Below the pieces are notes generated by a model that worked only from the letters and a program-made list of their open reading frames with translations, made no database searches and was not told the DNA's origin. DNA of 64,000 nucleotides from Chloroflexota bacterium (GTDB lineage: Bacteria; Chloroflexota; Dehalococcoidia; Bin125): NCBI GenBank assembly GCA_009838915.1, contig VXQT01000011.1:76835-140834 (forward strand), written 5' to 3'. Positions within the stretch are counted from its first letter, which is position 1. Each line of letters begins with the position of its first letter. Shown here piece after piece: positions 9,796 to 18,723 of the stretch. Both the position numbers and the translations under genes were made by a program.

Positions 9796-10182
9796 CTATC
9801 CGCTTGATCGGCCGATCTGCTGCGAGCGCCTCAGGCGTCCAAGCTGCGGGGTGTCTCGCCAGTCGCCGGCGGAGTGCGCGGGCGGCCACTCGGCGCCCTC
9901 GTCTCGCTGGAACTGCATCAGCATCTCCAGTCGCTTGGTCGTGTACTGCTGGTTCGCTTCCCAGCGAAACTGGGCTGCTCGCTCGCGTAGCACCGGATTT
10001 GGATCGTCGCCTCCGAAGTGGAGCCCGATCCGCGTGCGCAAACCGAACGGTTCGCGCCCGCCGGCCTGCCCGATGTAGAGCAGATTGCCCTCGGCGTCGG
10101 CGATTTCGTAGACGCCAACGACGGCAGGGATTGCGCGAATCGTCTCCGGCGTCGGTAGGATCCAGGGTTTTCGGATAGGCAT
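9796..10182 (-). CDS. Small stand-alone GIY-YIG-like domain protein
   Basis: GVYEIAD...LLYIGQAG...LRTRI resembles the GIY-YIG core of the UvrC N-terminus; RBS gaggtg before ATG 10182. Confidence 0.65.
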   Translation of the reverse strand: MPIRKPWILPTPETIRAIPAVVGVYEIADAEGNLLYIGQAGGREPFGLRTRIGLHFGGDDPNPVLRERAAQFRWEANQQYTTKRLEMLMQFQRDEGAEWPPAHSAGDWRDTPQLGRLRRSQQIGRSSG

Positions 10183-10201
10183 CGTCACCTCGTTCACGGG
10201 A

Positions 10202-11491
10202 TCACGGGCGTTCCTGCAGTCGATCGCTGGCTGCGCCAGAGTCCAGCAGATCGGCGATCTGTTCTTCGGAGTATCCCAAGATTTCCCGCAGCACGGGAAT
10301 CGTGTCAGCCGCGAACAGCGGCGCGGCGTTCTTGGGCGGGGCCGGCGTGTGGGACAGGCGGAATGCGGCCTGCGGCGCCGGCGACAGGCCAACCTGCGGA
10401 TGCTGGAGCCCGCCTACAGATTGGCGGGCCAGCACCTGCTCGTCGCGCAGCAGGGCCCGGGGACCCATCACCGGCGAGGCCGGCACGCCGGCGCGCTGCA
10501 AGCGCTCCGACAACGTCTGGGGATCCTGGCAGGCCGTCCAGCCGCGCAGCAAGTCGTCCAACTCGGCACGGTGCTTCCAGCGGCGCAATCCGCTAGAGAA
10601 GCGGCGATCTGAGCGAACCCCATCATCGCGCCAGACGCTGAGCAACGAGGTCCACTCCGCATCGTTTCGGCAGGCGATCGCAATCCAGGAATCCGGATTG
10701 TCCAGCAGCGGCGCAGCCGGATAGACGCCGTGTGGCGCGGCCGACGTGTGTTCGTTGCCGATTCGCATCGGCTCGCGGCCTGAGAGCTGCTGTCCAACCA
10801 TGGCCTCGCCGATGAGTTGCAACTCGCCCTCGAGCATGGCCAGTTCGACCGTCTGTCCGCCAACCCGGCAACGAGTCTTGAGCGCCGCGACGGTCGAGAG
10901 CGCGGCCAGCAGGCCTGCATTCTGATCGCAGTAGAAGTTGCCCGGCTTGAGTGGCGAACCGTCGGCGTATCCGGTCAGCCATGAGAGTCCGCTCATCGCG
11001 TCGATCCCGGGACCATACGAGATGCGGTCACGCCAGGGACCGGACTTGCCGAAGGCGGGCATGGCGACGTAGACGATCTGCGGATTGCGCTCGCTCAGCG
11101 TGTCCCACTCGAGTCCGAAGTTGCCCATCACGCGGGGCGAGAAATTCTCCAGGACGACATCCGATACCTCGACCAGGTCGAGGAAGGTCTCGCGGCCGGG
11201 ATCCGTGGTGAGATTGAGCGCGACGGAGCGTTTGCTGTTGGCCAACTCGTTCTGTCGCGGCTCGCGGTTCCACGGTTCGTCGGGTCCCTCGGTGCGCTTC
11301 TTGAGTGCCGAAGTCGGATTGCGGGGCTTGGCCCACGGCGTTTCGATCCGGATGATCTCTGCGCCGAGCGCGCCGAGCAACTGAGTCGCAACCGGTCCGG
11401 CCACGGCCGAGGTCAGGTCGAGCACGCGGATGCCGTCCAACGGACGTCTCGGAGAGTCAGGGAATTGGACTAACCGAGCCTCAGGCAACAC
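10202..11491 (-). CDS. Family III CoA transferase (CaiB/BaiF), catalytic-type subunit
   Basis: PLDGIRVLDLT..VAGP, KRSVALNL, VLENFSP, FYCDQNAG with the catalytic Asp; GTG 11491 preceded by ggagg. Confidence 0.88.
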   Translation of the reverse strand: MLPEARLVQFPDSPRRPLDGIRVLDLTSAVAGPVATQLLGALGAEIIRIETPWAKPRNPTSALKKRTEGPDEPWNREPRQNELANSKRSVALNLTTDPGRETFLDLVEVSDVVLENFSPRVMGNFGLEWDTLSERNPQIVYVAMPAFGKSGPWRDRISYGPGIDAMSGLSWLTGYADGSPLKPGNFYCDQNAGLLAALSTVAALKTRCRVGGQTVELAMLEGELQLIGEAMVGQQLSGREPMRIGNEHTSAAPHGVYPAAPLLDNPDSWIAIACRNDAEWTSLLSVWRDDGVRSDRRFSSGLRRWKHRAELDDLLRGWTACQDPQTLSERLQRAGVPASPVMGPRALLRDEQVLARQSVGGLQHPQVGLSPAPQAAFRLSHTPAPPKNAAPLFAADTIPVLREILGYSEEQIADLLDSGAASDRLQERP

Positions 11492-12698
11492 CGGCGCGCC
11501 TCCAGCGTGCGCACTCGGCGGGCGTTCCGAGCCGATCGTTGTCCTGGCCCAGTTCCGGCGCCGATCCATCATTCCAGCCGTTCTTGCCGAAACGCACGGC
11601 AGGACCCGGCGCCAGGTATGCACCGCCGCGTGGATGCGGGGTCGACTGCCAGAACTCGCGGGAGGCGTGATGACCGTCAATGTCCGACATCACCTCGGAC
11701 GGCGCCAACACCTCGGTGAAGGGGATGCGCATCTCTTGCGCACGCTGCACCATCTCTCGGCGCGATGTCTGCATGAGCCTCGGGGCCATCAGTTCGTCGA
11801 CTTCGTCGGCGTGACCCATCAGCTCGCCCAGTAAATCGCGTTCGGCCAGCCGCGGTTCGTCGAACAGTACGGCCATGGCCTCGGGATAGCGATTGTTGCA
11901 GTGCGCGTGAACCCAGCCGTCGGCACAGGGACGGATGGTCGAGGGATAGAGATGACCGGGACCAAAGCCAACGAGTCGCGCTCCGTTGCGGACCGGGTCG
12001 TGATCGAAGAACCAGGCGTGCTGATAACCGCCGCCCAGCAAGAATGCCAGGGCGTCGCAAACGGCGGTGTCAATGGATTGCCCAGCACTCTCCTCGTCCT
12101 CGCCGCTGGCCTGCAGAGCCGCGACCACGCCAAGCGCAGCATGAAGCCCGGCCTGGAGGTGTCCCTGCTCGCCCCAGGCTTTGACGGGCTCGCGATGCGG
12201 CTCACCGCCGATGCCGAGATAGCCGCCGGCGGCATAGAGCGTCAACTCGGAGCCCAGCCAATGCGCCTTGGGCCCTTCGAGTCCATACGGTGTGATCGTG
12301 CAGACATGAAGCTGCGGATGACGACGGCGAAGTGCGTGCGGATCAACTCCGAACTTGCTCCACTGGCTTCGCTCCGTGTCGATCACAAGGACATCGGCAG
12401 TAGCAAGCTGAGACTCGAGCAAGCGTCTCCCCGCGGCAGTTCGCAGGTCCAGGCGCAGCGATCGCTTGTGCCGATTGAGGTGTAAGTGTGACGCCCCGCC
12501 TTCACGATCGGGCGTATCGTCTCGGAATGGTCCCTTGCGTCGGATACTCGACCCTTCAGGTGGTTCAATCATCGTGACCGCCGCGCCCATCCCGGCCAGC
12601 AACCGCCCGCAGTATGCGCCCGCGGGAGTCTCGGAACGCTCAATCACCCGGACTCCGTCCAGTGCGCCTGCGGTTTGCTCCGAGTCTTGATCGATCAC
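11481..12698 (-). CDS. Family III CoA transferase, probable non-catalytic subunit
   Basis: ALDGVRVIE..PAGAYCGRLLA, LNRHKRSLRLDL; the position equivalent to the catalytic Asp reads EQGHLQAG; GTG 12698 with TATCCT 6 nt upstream. Confidence 0.82.
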   Translation of the reverse strand: MIDQDSEQTAGALDGVRVIERSETPAGAYCGRLLAGMGAAVTMIEPPEGSSIRRKGPFRDDTPDREGGASHLHLNRHKRSLRLDLRTAAGRRLLESQLATADVLVIDTERSQWSKFGVDPHALRRRHPQLHVCTITPYGLEGPKAHWLGSELTLYAAGGYLGIGGEPHREPVKAWGEQGHLQAGLHAALGVVAALQASGEDEESAGQSIDTAVCDALAFLLGGGYQHAWFFDHDPVRNGARLVGFGPGHLYPSTIRPCADGWVHAHCNNRYPEAMAVLFDEPRLAERDLLGELMGHADEVDELMAPRLMQTSRREMVQRAQEMRIPFTEVLAPSEVMSDIDGHHASREFWQSTPHPRGGAYLAPGPAVRFGKNGWNDGSAPELGQDNDRLGTPAECARWRRAGVA

Positions 12699-12771
12699 CG
12701 GGGCAGGATACCGCTGAGTCGCCGTTAGGCTGCGCGGCAGGATTTCGACTTCATTCAAGCAGGAGTGGGAC

Positions 12772-13650
12772 ATGTCCGACGTGGGATTCATCGGGGTGGG
12801 CAACATTGGCAATCCAATGTGCGCCAACGTGATCAAGGGCGGACACAACGTGGTCGTCCACGACCTGGTCGAGGCGCAGGCCGAGAACCTGATCGAACTG
12901 GGCGCGACCTGGGCGGAGTCGCCTGCCGCCGTGGCCGCACAGACCGAGGTGGTGCTGACCTCGCTGCCCGGCCCGCCGGAGGTCACCACGGTCCTGCGCG
13001 GTGCGGACGGCATCCTCGAGGGCGCCGAGCCGGGCCTCGTCTGCTTCGACCTCTCCACCAATCTTCCCTCGACCGTCAAGCTGTTGGCCGAGCGCGCCGC
13101 CGAGCAGGGCGTGCTGTTCTTGGACTCGCCGGTTTCCAACGGCGTTCAGGGCGCCATCGACGCGACGCTTGCCGTCATGGTCGGCGGCGACAAGGCCGCC
13201 TTCGACGCCTATCGGCACGTACTGGAGTGCATTGGCAGCCACGTGTTTCACATGGGCGAGCTGGGTATGGGTGCGTTGACCAAGATCACCAACAACATGG
13301 TCTCGATCGGCAGCGGTCAGCTCCTGATCGAGGCCCTGGTAATCGCCGAAGCGGCAGGACTCGATGCCGAGCAGGCCGTTGAAGTGATGAGCGTCGCTTC
13401 GGCCCAGAACTATGTGCGCAACACCTCGACGCTGCTGGAACGCAACTTTGAGGACGCTCCGTTCTTCCTGCAGTGGGCAGCCAAGGATGTCTCGCTTGCA
13501 GTCCAGGTGGCAAGGGAACAGGGCATACCCTCGCCGATGGCCTCAGCCGCCAGCGACATGCTCAACCGCGCCAAGAATCGCGGCCTGGGTATGAAGTCGC
13601 CAATGGCGACCCTGCTGTCGGCGGAGGAAGATGCCGGAGTCTCGCACTAG
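12772..13650 (+). CDS. 3-hydroxyisobutyrate dehydrogenase-family NAD(P) oxidoreductase
   Basis: VGFIGVGNIGNPM, FLDSPVSNG, KITNN; RBS aggag. Confidence 0.9.
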   Translation: MSDVGFIGVGNIGNPMCANVIKGGHNVVVHDLVEAQAENLIELGATWAESPAAVAAQTEVVLTSLPGPPEVTTVLRGADGILEGAEPGLVCFDLSTNLPSTVKLLAERAAEQGVLFLDSPVSNGVQGAIDATLAVMVGGDKAAFDAYRHVLECIGSHVFHMGELGMGALTKITNNMVSIGSGQLLIEALVIAEAAGLDAEQAVEVMSVASAQNYVRNTSTLLERNFEDAPFFLQWAAKDVSLAVQVAREQGIPSPMASAASDMLNRAKNRGLGMKSPMATLLSAEEDAGVSH

Positions 13651-13696
13651 TCGAAGCATGCGCGCGAGGCCGCTACGGTGACGTACACTTGAGCGC

Positions 13697-14536
13697 ATGG
13701 CAGTCGCAACCGGCACAGTCGCACACGGTGGCAGCACGGCTCGCCGAGTCGTGTTTCTGCACGCGGCAGCATTTGTGCTCGGGTTCAGCGTGGTCTTCGT
13801 GGCGCTGGGCGCGCTGTTGGGCGCGCTGGGCTCGGCATTCCAAAACGAGCTGATCTGGTTCCAGCGCGTGGCCGGGGCGATGTTGGTCGTGCTCGGCCTG
13901 CACCTCGCCGAAGTGATCACGATCCCCTTCCTCTACCGCAGCTTCCAGGTTGGCGGATCCGGAGGGCCGGCGGCCGAGGCTCCAGCGGGCGAGGCATCGC
14001 GCGTGCGCGCCGCGGCCGACTACGGACGTTCCCTCGTCGTGGGCGTCGCTTTCTCGGTCGGCTGGACACCGTGCGTGGGACCGATTCTCGCTGGCATCCT
14101 CGTACTGGCGTTGGACTCCGCCTCGCTCTTCCAGGCGGTGATTCTGCTGATCTGCTACGCCGCCGGACTGGGAATCCCGTTCCTGCTGGTCGGCGCGACG
14201 TTTGGCGCATCGACGCAGTTCCTGCGCAAGCTCAACCGCTGGATGCCGCTGATCGGCGTCGTCTCCGGCGTCCTGCTGGTCTTTGTCGGGATGCTGATCG
14301 CGCTCGACCGCGTCGTGGTGCTGAACGAGGCGCTGGGCAGTTTCGGCGTCGACATCGTGGCCGGCTCGGACGGGTCATCGACGGAGATGCTCGACCTCAA
14401 CGCCGGCTCAGCAGCGCTTGCCTTCGTCGGCGGATTCGTCAGCTTCATCAGCCCTTGCGTGCTGCCGCTGGTCCCGATCTACCTGGGCCACCTCGCCGGC
14501 ATCGGTTCCGAGCAGACCACGATTCGCTCCGCCTAA
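13697..14536 (+). CDS. ccdA: Cytochrome c biogenesis protein CcdA (DsbD-beta), circularly permuted
   Basis: FVLGFSVVF, FSVGWTPCVGPIL, YAAGLGIPFLL; the normally N-terminal SFISPCVLPLVPIYL is at the C-terminus. Confidence 0.85.
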   Translation: MAVATGTVAHGGSTARRVVFLHAAAFVLGFSVVFVALGALLGALGSAFQNELIWFQRVAGAMLVVLGLHLAEVITIPFLYRSFQVGGSGGPAAEAPAGEASRVRAAADYGRSLVVGVAFSVGWTPCVGPILAGILVLALDSASLFQAVILLICYAAGLGIPFLLVGATFGASTQFLRKLNRWMPLIGVVSGVLLVFVGMLIALDRVVVLNEALGSFGVDIVAGSDGSSTEMLDLNAGSAALAFVGGFVSFISPCVLPLVPIYLGHLAGIGSEQTTIRSA

Positions 14537-16470
14537 GCCTCCCCCTGCGATTGCCGACCAGCGCGCACATCGATCAACCATCGATGCCGGTTGCGCTGCT
14601 GGAAGCGGCTGCTCATCAGCGCGACGGCAGTCGGCTCCCCGGCCAGGGTCAGCCGATCGTGCATGAAGATTGATGTGTCACCGGTCGCCACCGATGACTC
14701 ACCCTCGCGCATGACGACCAGTACCCGGACATCGCCCTCGAAGTCGACCTCTGCCAGCGTCTGACCATCGAACTCACGATTGAGCAACTCTACTTCCACC
14801 AGTCCCGACTCCGGGTCGCTGCGCGCAGCATGGAGGCCCGGCCGCAGGACGGCTTCCTCAAGCGCGAGGGCGGTGACGTCCGACAGTGAGTGCACCTCCA
14901 CATCGATCTGTTCGAACTGGATGTCCGGCTCGGAGACCCAGGTCACGACGCGAAGCGTCGGGTGGATGCGCCGCATCGACTGTGTGTAGCCAATGACCTG
15001 GTCAGGTTCGTCGAAGTCGACAATCACCGCCACGTCGGTTTGCAGCAGCCGCACGCTGATCAGGGTCAACGCGTCGAGCGGGTCGCCGACGACGCCCTCC
15101 ACGCCAAGTGAACTCCACTTGGTCGAAGCCTCCGGATCGCGATCCAGTACGATCACACGCCGCCCGCCGGCCATGAGCCGCTCAGCAAGTGTCCTGGCCA
15201 GGTCGCCGCCTCCGACGATTAGCGTGTGACCATCCTCCTGTTCCGGGGTCCGTCCCGCGATCGTGGAGAACATGGGTGGCGCCAGCACCGTGGTCAGCAA
15301 CGCCATCAGCAGCAATGCGCCGTGCAAACCGTCGTCGATCACACCGAGATCGGCTGCGATCGCGCCCGCGGCCAACACCAGCGACAGGTTGGCGCTGAGC
15401 AACGAACCGCCGGCCAGGCCGGGCCTGACTCCCCAGGCCGGCGCCAGCCCGATCAACGAGGGCAGCATCTTGGCGCCGAACGCGACCAGGAGCAGGGCCG
15501 GCACCAGAATGAGCGATTCGGCCGAGTCGAACACCGCACCGAGATCCAGGGTCGCGCCTGCGTGGATGAAGAATATCGGTACGAAGAAGCCGTAGCCGAG
15601 CGCGTCGAGCTTGCCGCGCAGGGCAGACCCGTGCCGAGGCGAGACGACCGTGACCGCCAGTCCAGCGACGAAGGCGCCCAGCACCATCTCGGTGCCCGCG
15701 ACCTGGGACAGCGCCACGAAGATCACCAGCAGGGCCAGGGAGGCGCGGATCTTGAGCTGGGAGGATGTCTGCGCGAGCTCGTGCAGGGTTCGCGGAATGA
15801 TCGGGAATCGACCGCTGCCGAATCGCGACAGCCAGACCATGACGATCAGCGCCGCCGGGACCGCCAGGATCAGGAAGATCTTCCAGCTAATGCCCTCTCG
15901 TTCGAGCGCGGCCACCACCCCCACACCGACGATCGCCACGAACTCCAGCAGGAATCCGCCGACCAGCAGCGACTGTCCCATCCGACCCAGATCCGGACGA
16001 TCCTTGAGCACGGGCACGATTACACCCACTGCAGTGGCGATCAGGATGAACAACAGCATTGGGATCTGGCTCGCGTTGATCAGATCAACCGCGCTCATCA
16101 AGTGCAGGCCGACATAGGTGAAGACGACCACCAGAGCCAACAGCACGACGCCCGATATCAGCGGGTGGCGCAGCGCGACTCTCGGCACGTACCAGCGACG
16201 ACCGGGCGATTGACCAAGGAGGCCGAGATTGATCTCCAGTCCCGAGAGGAACATCAGGTACGCGAAGCCGAACAGCCCGAGGAAGGTCAGCCACTCGTTC
16301 TCGTGCGTGATGATTCCAAGGACCGGTTCGCCGAAGAGTATCCCGACCAAGACTTCGCCGACCACGGCCGGGAGCAGGCCGCCGGTCAGCCGCCAGGCGA
16401 CGAACGGAACGGCCACAGCCAGGATGCTGACCAGCAGGAGGGGAGTGAAATCTACTGATTCCTCCACCAA
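14533..16470 (-). CDS. CPA2 monovalent cation:proton antiporter with TrkA-N/TrkA-C (RCK) domains
   Basis: Many TM segments, LMFLSGLE, GFFVPIFF, IVGGGDLA Rossmann motif; TTG start after aggagg. Confidence 0.88.
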   Translation of the reverse strand: MVEESVDFTPLLLVSILAVAVPFVAWRLTGGLLPAVVGEVLVGILFGEPVLGIITHENEWLTFLGLFGFAYLMFLSGLEINLGLLGQSPGRRWYVPRVALRHPLISGVVLLALVVVFTYVGLHLMSAVDLINASQIPMLLFILIATAVGVIVPVLKDRPDLGRMGQSLLVGGFLLEFVAIVGVGVVAALEREGISWKIFLILAVPAALIVMVWLSRFGSGRFPIIPRTLHELAQTSSQLKIRASLALLVIFVALSQVAGTEMVLGAFVAGLAVTVVSPRHGSALRGKLDALGYGFFVPIFFIHAGATLDLGAVFDSAESLILVPALLLVAFGAKMLPSLIGLAPAWGVRPGLAGGSLLSANLSLVLAAGAIAADLGVIDDGLHGALLLMALLTTVLAPPMFSTIAGRTPEQEDGHTLIVGGGDLARTLAERLMAGGRRVIVLDRDPEASTKWSSLGVEGVVGDPLDALTLISVRLLQTDVAVIVDFDEPDQVIGYTQSMRRIHPTLRVVTWVSEPDIQFEQIDVEVHSLSDVTALALEEAVLRPGLHAARSDPESGLVEVELLNREFDGQTLAEVDFEGDVRVLVVMREGESSVATGDTSIFMHDRLTLAGEPTAVALMSSRFQQRNRHRWLIDVRAGRQSQGEA

Positions 16471-16489
16471 TCAACCTCCTTGTACCGGT

Positions 16490-17290
16490 TCATCCGTCTA
16501 TGAACTGCTCCAAGAACCCTAGGGCGATTCTATTGAACTCGTCTGCCGCGCTGATGTTGACGGCGTGGGTCGCGGAGACGCGCTCGACGCGGAAGTTCGC
16601 GGCGTTCGCTTCGACCCATTCACGAGAAGCGGAAAAGGCTTCCTCGCGATCTCCGGCGATGAGCAACGTGTCAACCGGATTGTCGGGCAGGCGGTGACGC
16701 AACGGCGTGTGCGGGGAGGTGTAGAGCATGGTGCGCGCGATGCCCTCGGCAGAGCTCAGCAACATGGCGTCGTCGAACTCGGCGCGCTGGGCGTCGTTGA
16801 AGGCACGGGCGCGGCGGGGATTGAGCGGGTGGCGCATGACCGCGTCGATGCCGCCGTCGATCATCATCTGCGCCCGCTCTTGCGCCGCCTGGGGATTGCC
16901 GATCCGCGAGGGATCGCCGAAGGCGGAGTGCGAGTTCGTGACAACGTGGGCGATCACTTCATCGGACCGGGACATTACGTAGTTGAGCGTCAGCGCCGCG
17001 CCCAACGACTGTCCGACGACGAACCAGCGCTCGGTGTCGACAAGCTCTCGCAGCGCGCTGAAGCGCTCGGCGTAGCGGTCGGGATGGTAGGCGGCTTCGT
17101 CGTCGGGTGAGGGAGATGAGCCGTGGCCAAAGAGGTCTACCGCGACGCTGCGGAATCCCGCCTCGTGGAAGGCGGGGAGGTTGAGCAGCCAGTGGGCGCG
17201 GCAGGTGAGAATTCCGTGGACAAAGAGTACGGGCCGCCCATCGGATGGCCCGTCGATCTCGTAGTTCAGTTCAATCTCGCGCGACGCCAC
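16490..17290 (-). CDS. Alpha/beta hydrolase
   Basis: FVHG, DLFGHGSS, GQSLG nucleophile, C-terminal HAVN; GTG start with TAGCAT 6 nt upstream. Confidence 0.88.
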   Translation of the reverse strand: MASREIELNYEIDGPSDGRPVLFVHGILTCRAHWLLNLPAFHEAGFRSVAVDLFGHGSSPSPDDEAAYHPDRYAERFSALRELVDTERWFVVGQSLGAALTLNYVMSRSDEVIAHVVTNSHSAFGDPSRIGNPQAAQERAQMMIDGGIDAVMRHPLNPRRARAFNDAQRAEFDDAMLLSSAEGIARTMLYTSPHTPLRHRLPDNPVDTLLIAGDREEAFSASREWVEANAANFRVERVSATHAVNISAADEFNRIALGFLEQFIDG

Positions 17291-17327
17291 GTCGCAATGC
17301 TACGCGTTGCCTACCACTCGAGGCCGT

Positions 17328-18602
17328 CTAGTCGCGATCGGTCGCGGTCGTGCCGGCGGCTGCGCCTTCGACCAGAGCCTCAGGGTTGAGCGCCTTGAGC
17401 AGCGGGTCCTGGGTAACCAGGCCGAGGATGCTCGCCGTCTCACCGATCCGGTTGAAGCCGTGCTCGTGCAGGCGGTGCAGGTAGTCGTGGTACTGCTTCT
17501 CGCGCAACTTACGCAGCGCTTCGACGCCGGCGTCAAGCCGCTCGACGCCGTCGGCGTAGAGGACGGCCAGCGCTTCTCGCTCGAGCGGCGACTGAGCCAG
17601 CTCTGAGGAGAGGCCGCCTTCGGCCTTGATGAAGAAGATCGGCAGTTCCATTTCGGCTCGCTCGGCGTAACGGTTGTACCACTCGAGGTGCTTGAGGCCG
17701 TACTCAAGGTGTCGCTTGCTGTCTTCGGCGAGGCGGGCGAAGAGGTCGCGGTCAAAGTCCGAGCGCGCCCAGTCGGTTGCGCATTCGAACGTCGTCAGCT
17801 CGTACGACTTGTAGACCACATTGAGCGCGATCATCATGTCGGTGAAGGTCAGCGCCTGGTACCAGGTCTCGGAGACGTCGGAGAGCGGCGCCTTACCGAT
17901 CGTCCCGGAGCCGTGCAGGGCGCGCTTGCGCAGCGCCTCGACCTTGCGGCCGGCGTCATAGACCTGGGTCGCGATGAAGAGCTTGACCTCGTGGAAGCCG
18001 TAAGAGACCTCCTCGAACCACTTGGAGAGGATTTTCTGCTCGGCAAGACCGTAGGTGGAGTAGACCGCGCAGATCTGTCCGGTTGCCCGCTCGACCTCGG
18101 GCGAAAGCTCTTCGCGGTTTTCCCAGTCGAGATCGGTGGCGGGAACCCAGCGGTCACGGATGGCGTCTTCGTAGAGGTCGGCGACACCCTCGGCCCAGAC
18201 TTCTGTGCGGTCGTAGATCGAGTAGCTGGCCGGCATGTACATGCCCGGTACGGGTCGCGTGCCGCGCGGCATATCGTTGCGATACGTCCACACGTCCGGC
18301 ACATGACCATAGGAGCCGATGTCGACGTCGCTGATGCGCAGGCCGTCCTCCGACGGGGTCGGCTTGAGGCCGGTTTCGCCGCCGTCCTCGAACATGATGA
18401 ACTGCGCCTGCGCGAACGGGTGCTCAGGATCGGACTCCATGAAGTCGAGCCACTTGCTGATGCGATCCGGCTCGATCGAGACGTTGAGGATGTTGTCGAT
18501 CTGGCGACCGGAGGCCGAGGAGCTCTCGGCCCGCTCGATCATCTCGGCGGTCCAACCGCGCACCTGGGCGCGCATCTTCTGGGCGGGGGACAGTGCCGGC
18601 AT
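17328..18602 (-). CDS. Ferritin-like protein with degenerate di-iron ligands (putative structural subunit)
   Basis: Aligns by eye with 18724-19758 (PRG, VW.E...LYE.A...W....D..W, F..TQ..D..R....RKR, EALAVL...G.E.LD.G) but ligand motifs read DAGRK and DSKRH. Confidence 0.8.
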   Translation of the reverse strand: MPALSPAQKMRAQVRGWTAEMIERAESSSASGRQIDNILNVSIEPDRISKWLDFMESDPEHPFAQAQFIMFEDGGETGLKPTPSEDGLRISDVDIGSYGHVPDVWTYRNDMPRGTRPVPGMYMPASYSIYDRTEVWAEGVADLYEDAIRDRWVPATDLDWENREELSPEVERATGQICAVYSTYGLAEQKILSKWFEEVSYGFHEVKLFIATQVYDAGRKVEALRKRALHGSGTIGKAPLSDVSETWYQALTFTDMMIALNVVYKSYELTTFECATDWARSDFDRDLFARLAEDSKRHLEYGLKHLEWYNRYAERAEMELPIFFIKAEGGLSSELAQSPLEREALAVLYADGVERLDAGVEALRKLREKQYHDYLHRLHEHGFNRIGETASILGLVTQDPLLKALNPEALVEGAAAGTTATDRD

Positions 18603-18670
18603 GAGATTCCAGTCCTTTGCGGGCGATCCGTGCGGATTGCTGTTCGATTCTGTGCGGCTGTGGTCGAGCC

Positions 18671-18716
18671 GCCCCCCTCTGCCTTCGGCATCTCCCCCCG
18701 CTTCGCGGGGGGAGAG
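18671..18716. repeat. Family A palindromic repeat between the two ferritin-like genes
   Basis: gcccccctctgccttcggcatctccccccgcttcgcggggggagag. Confidence 0.9.
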
Positions 18717-18723
18717 GGGAAGA

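Noticed and set aside
11481-11680. Frameshifted single CoA-transferase gene
   Set aside because: A ggagg RBS and GTG at 11491 support two separate overlapping genes.
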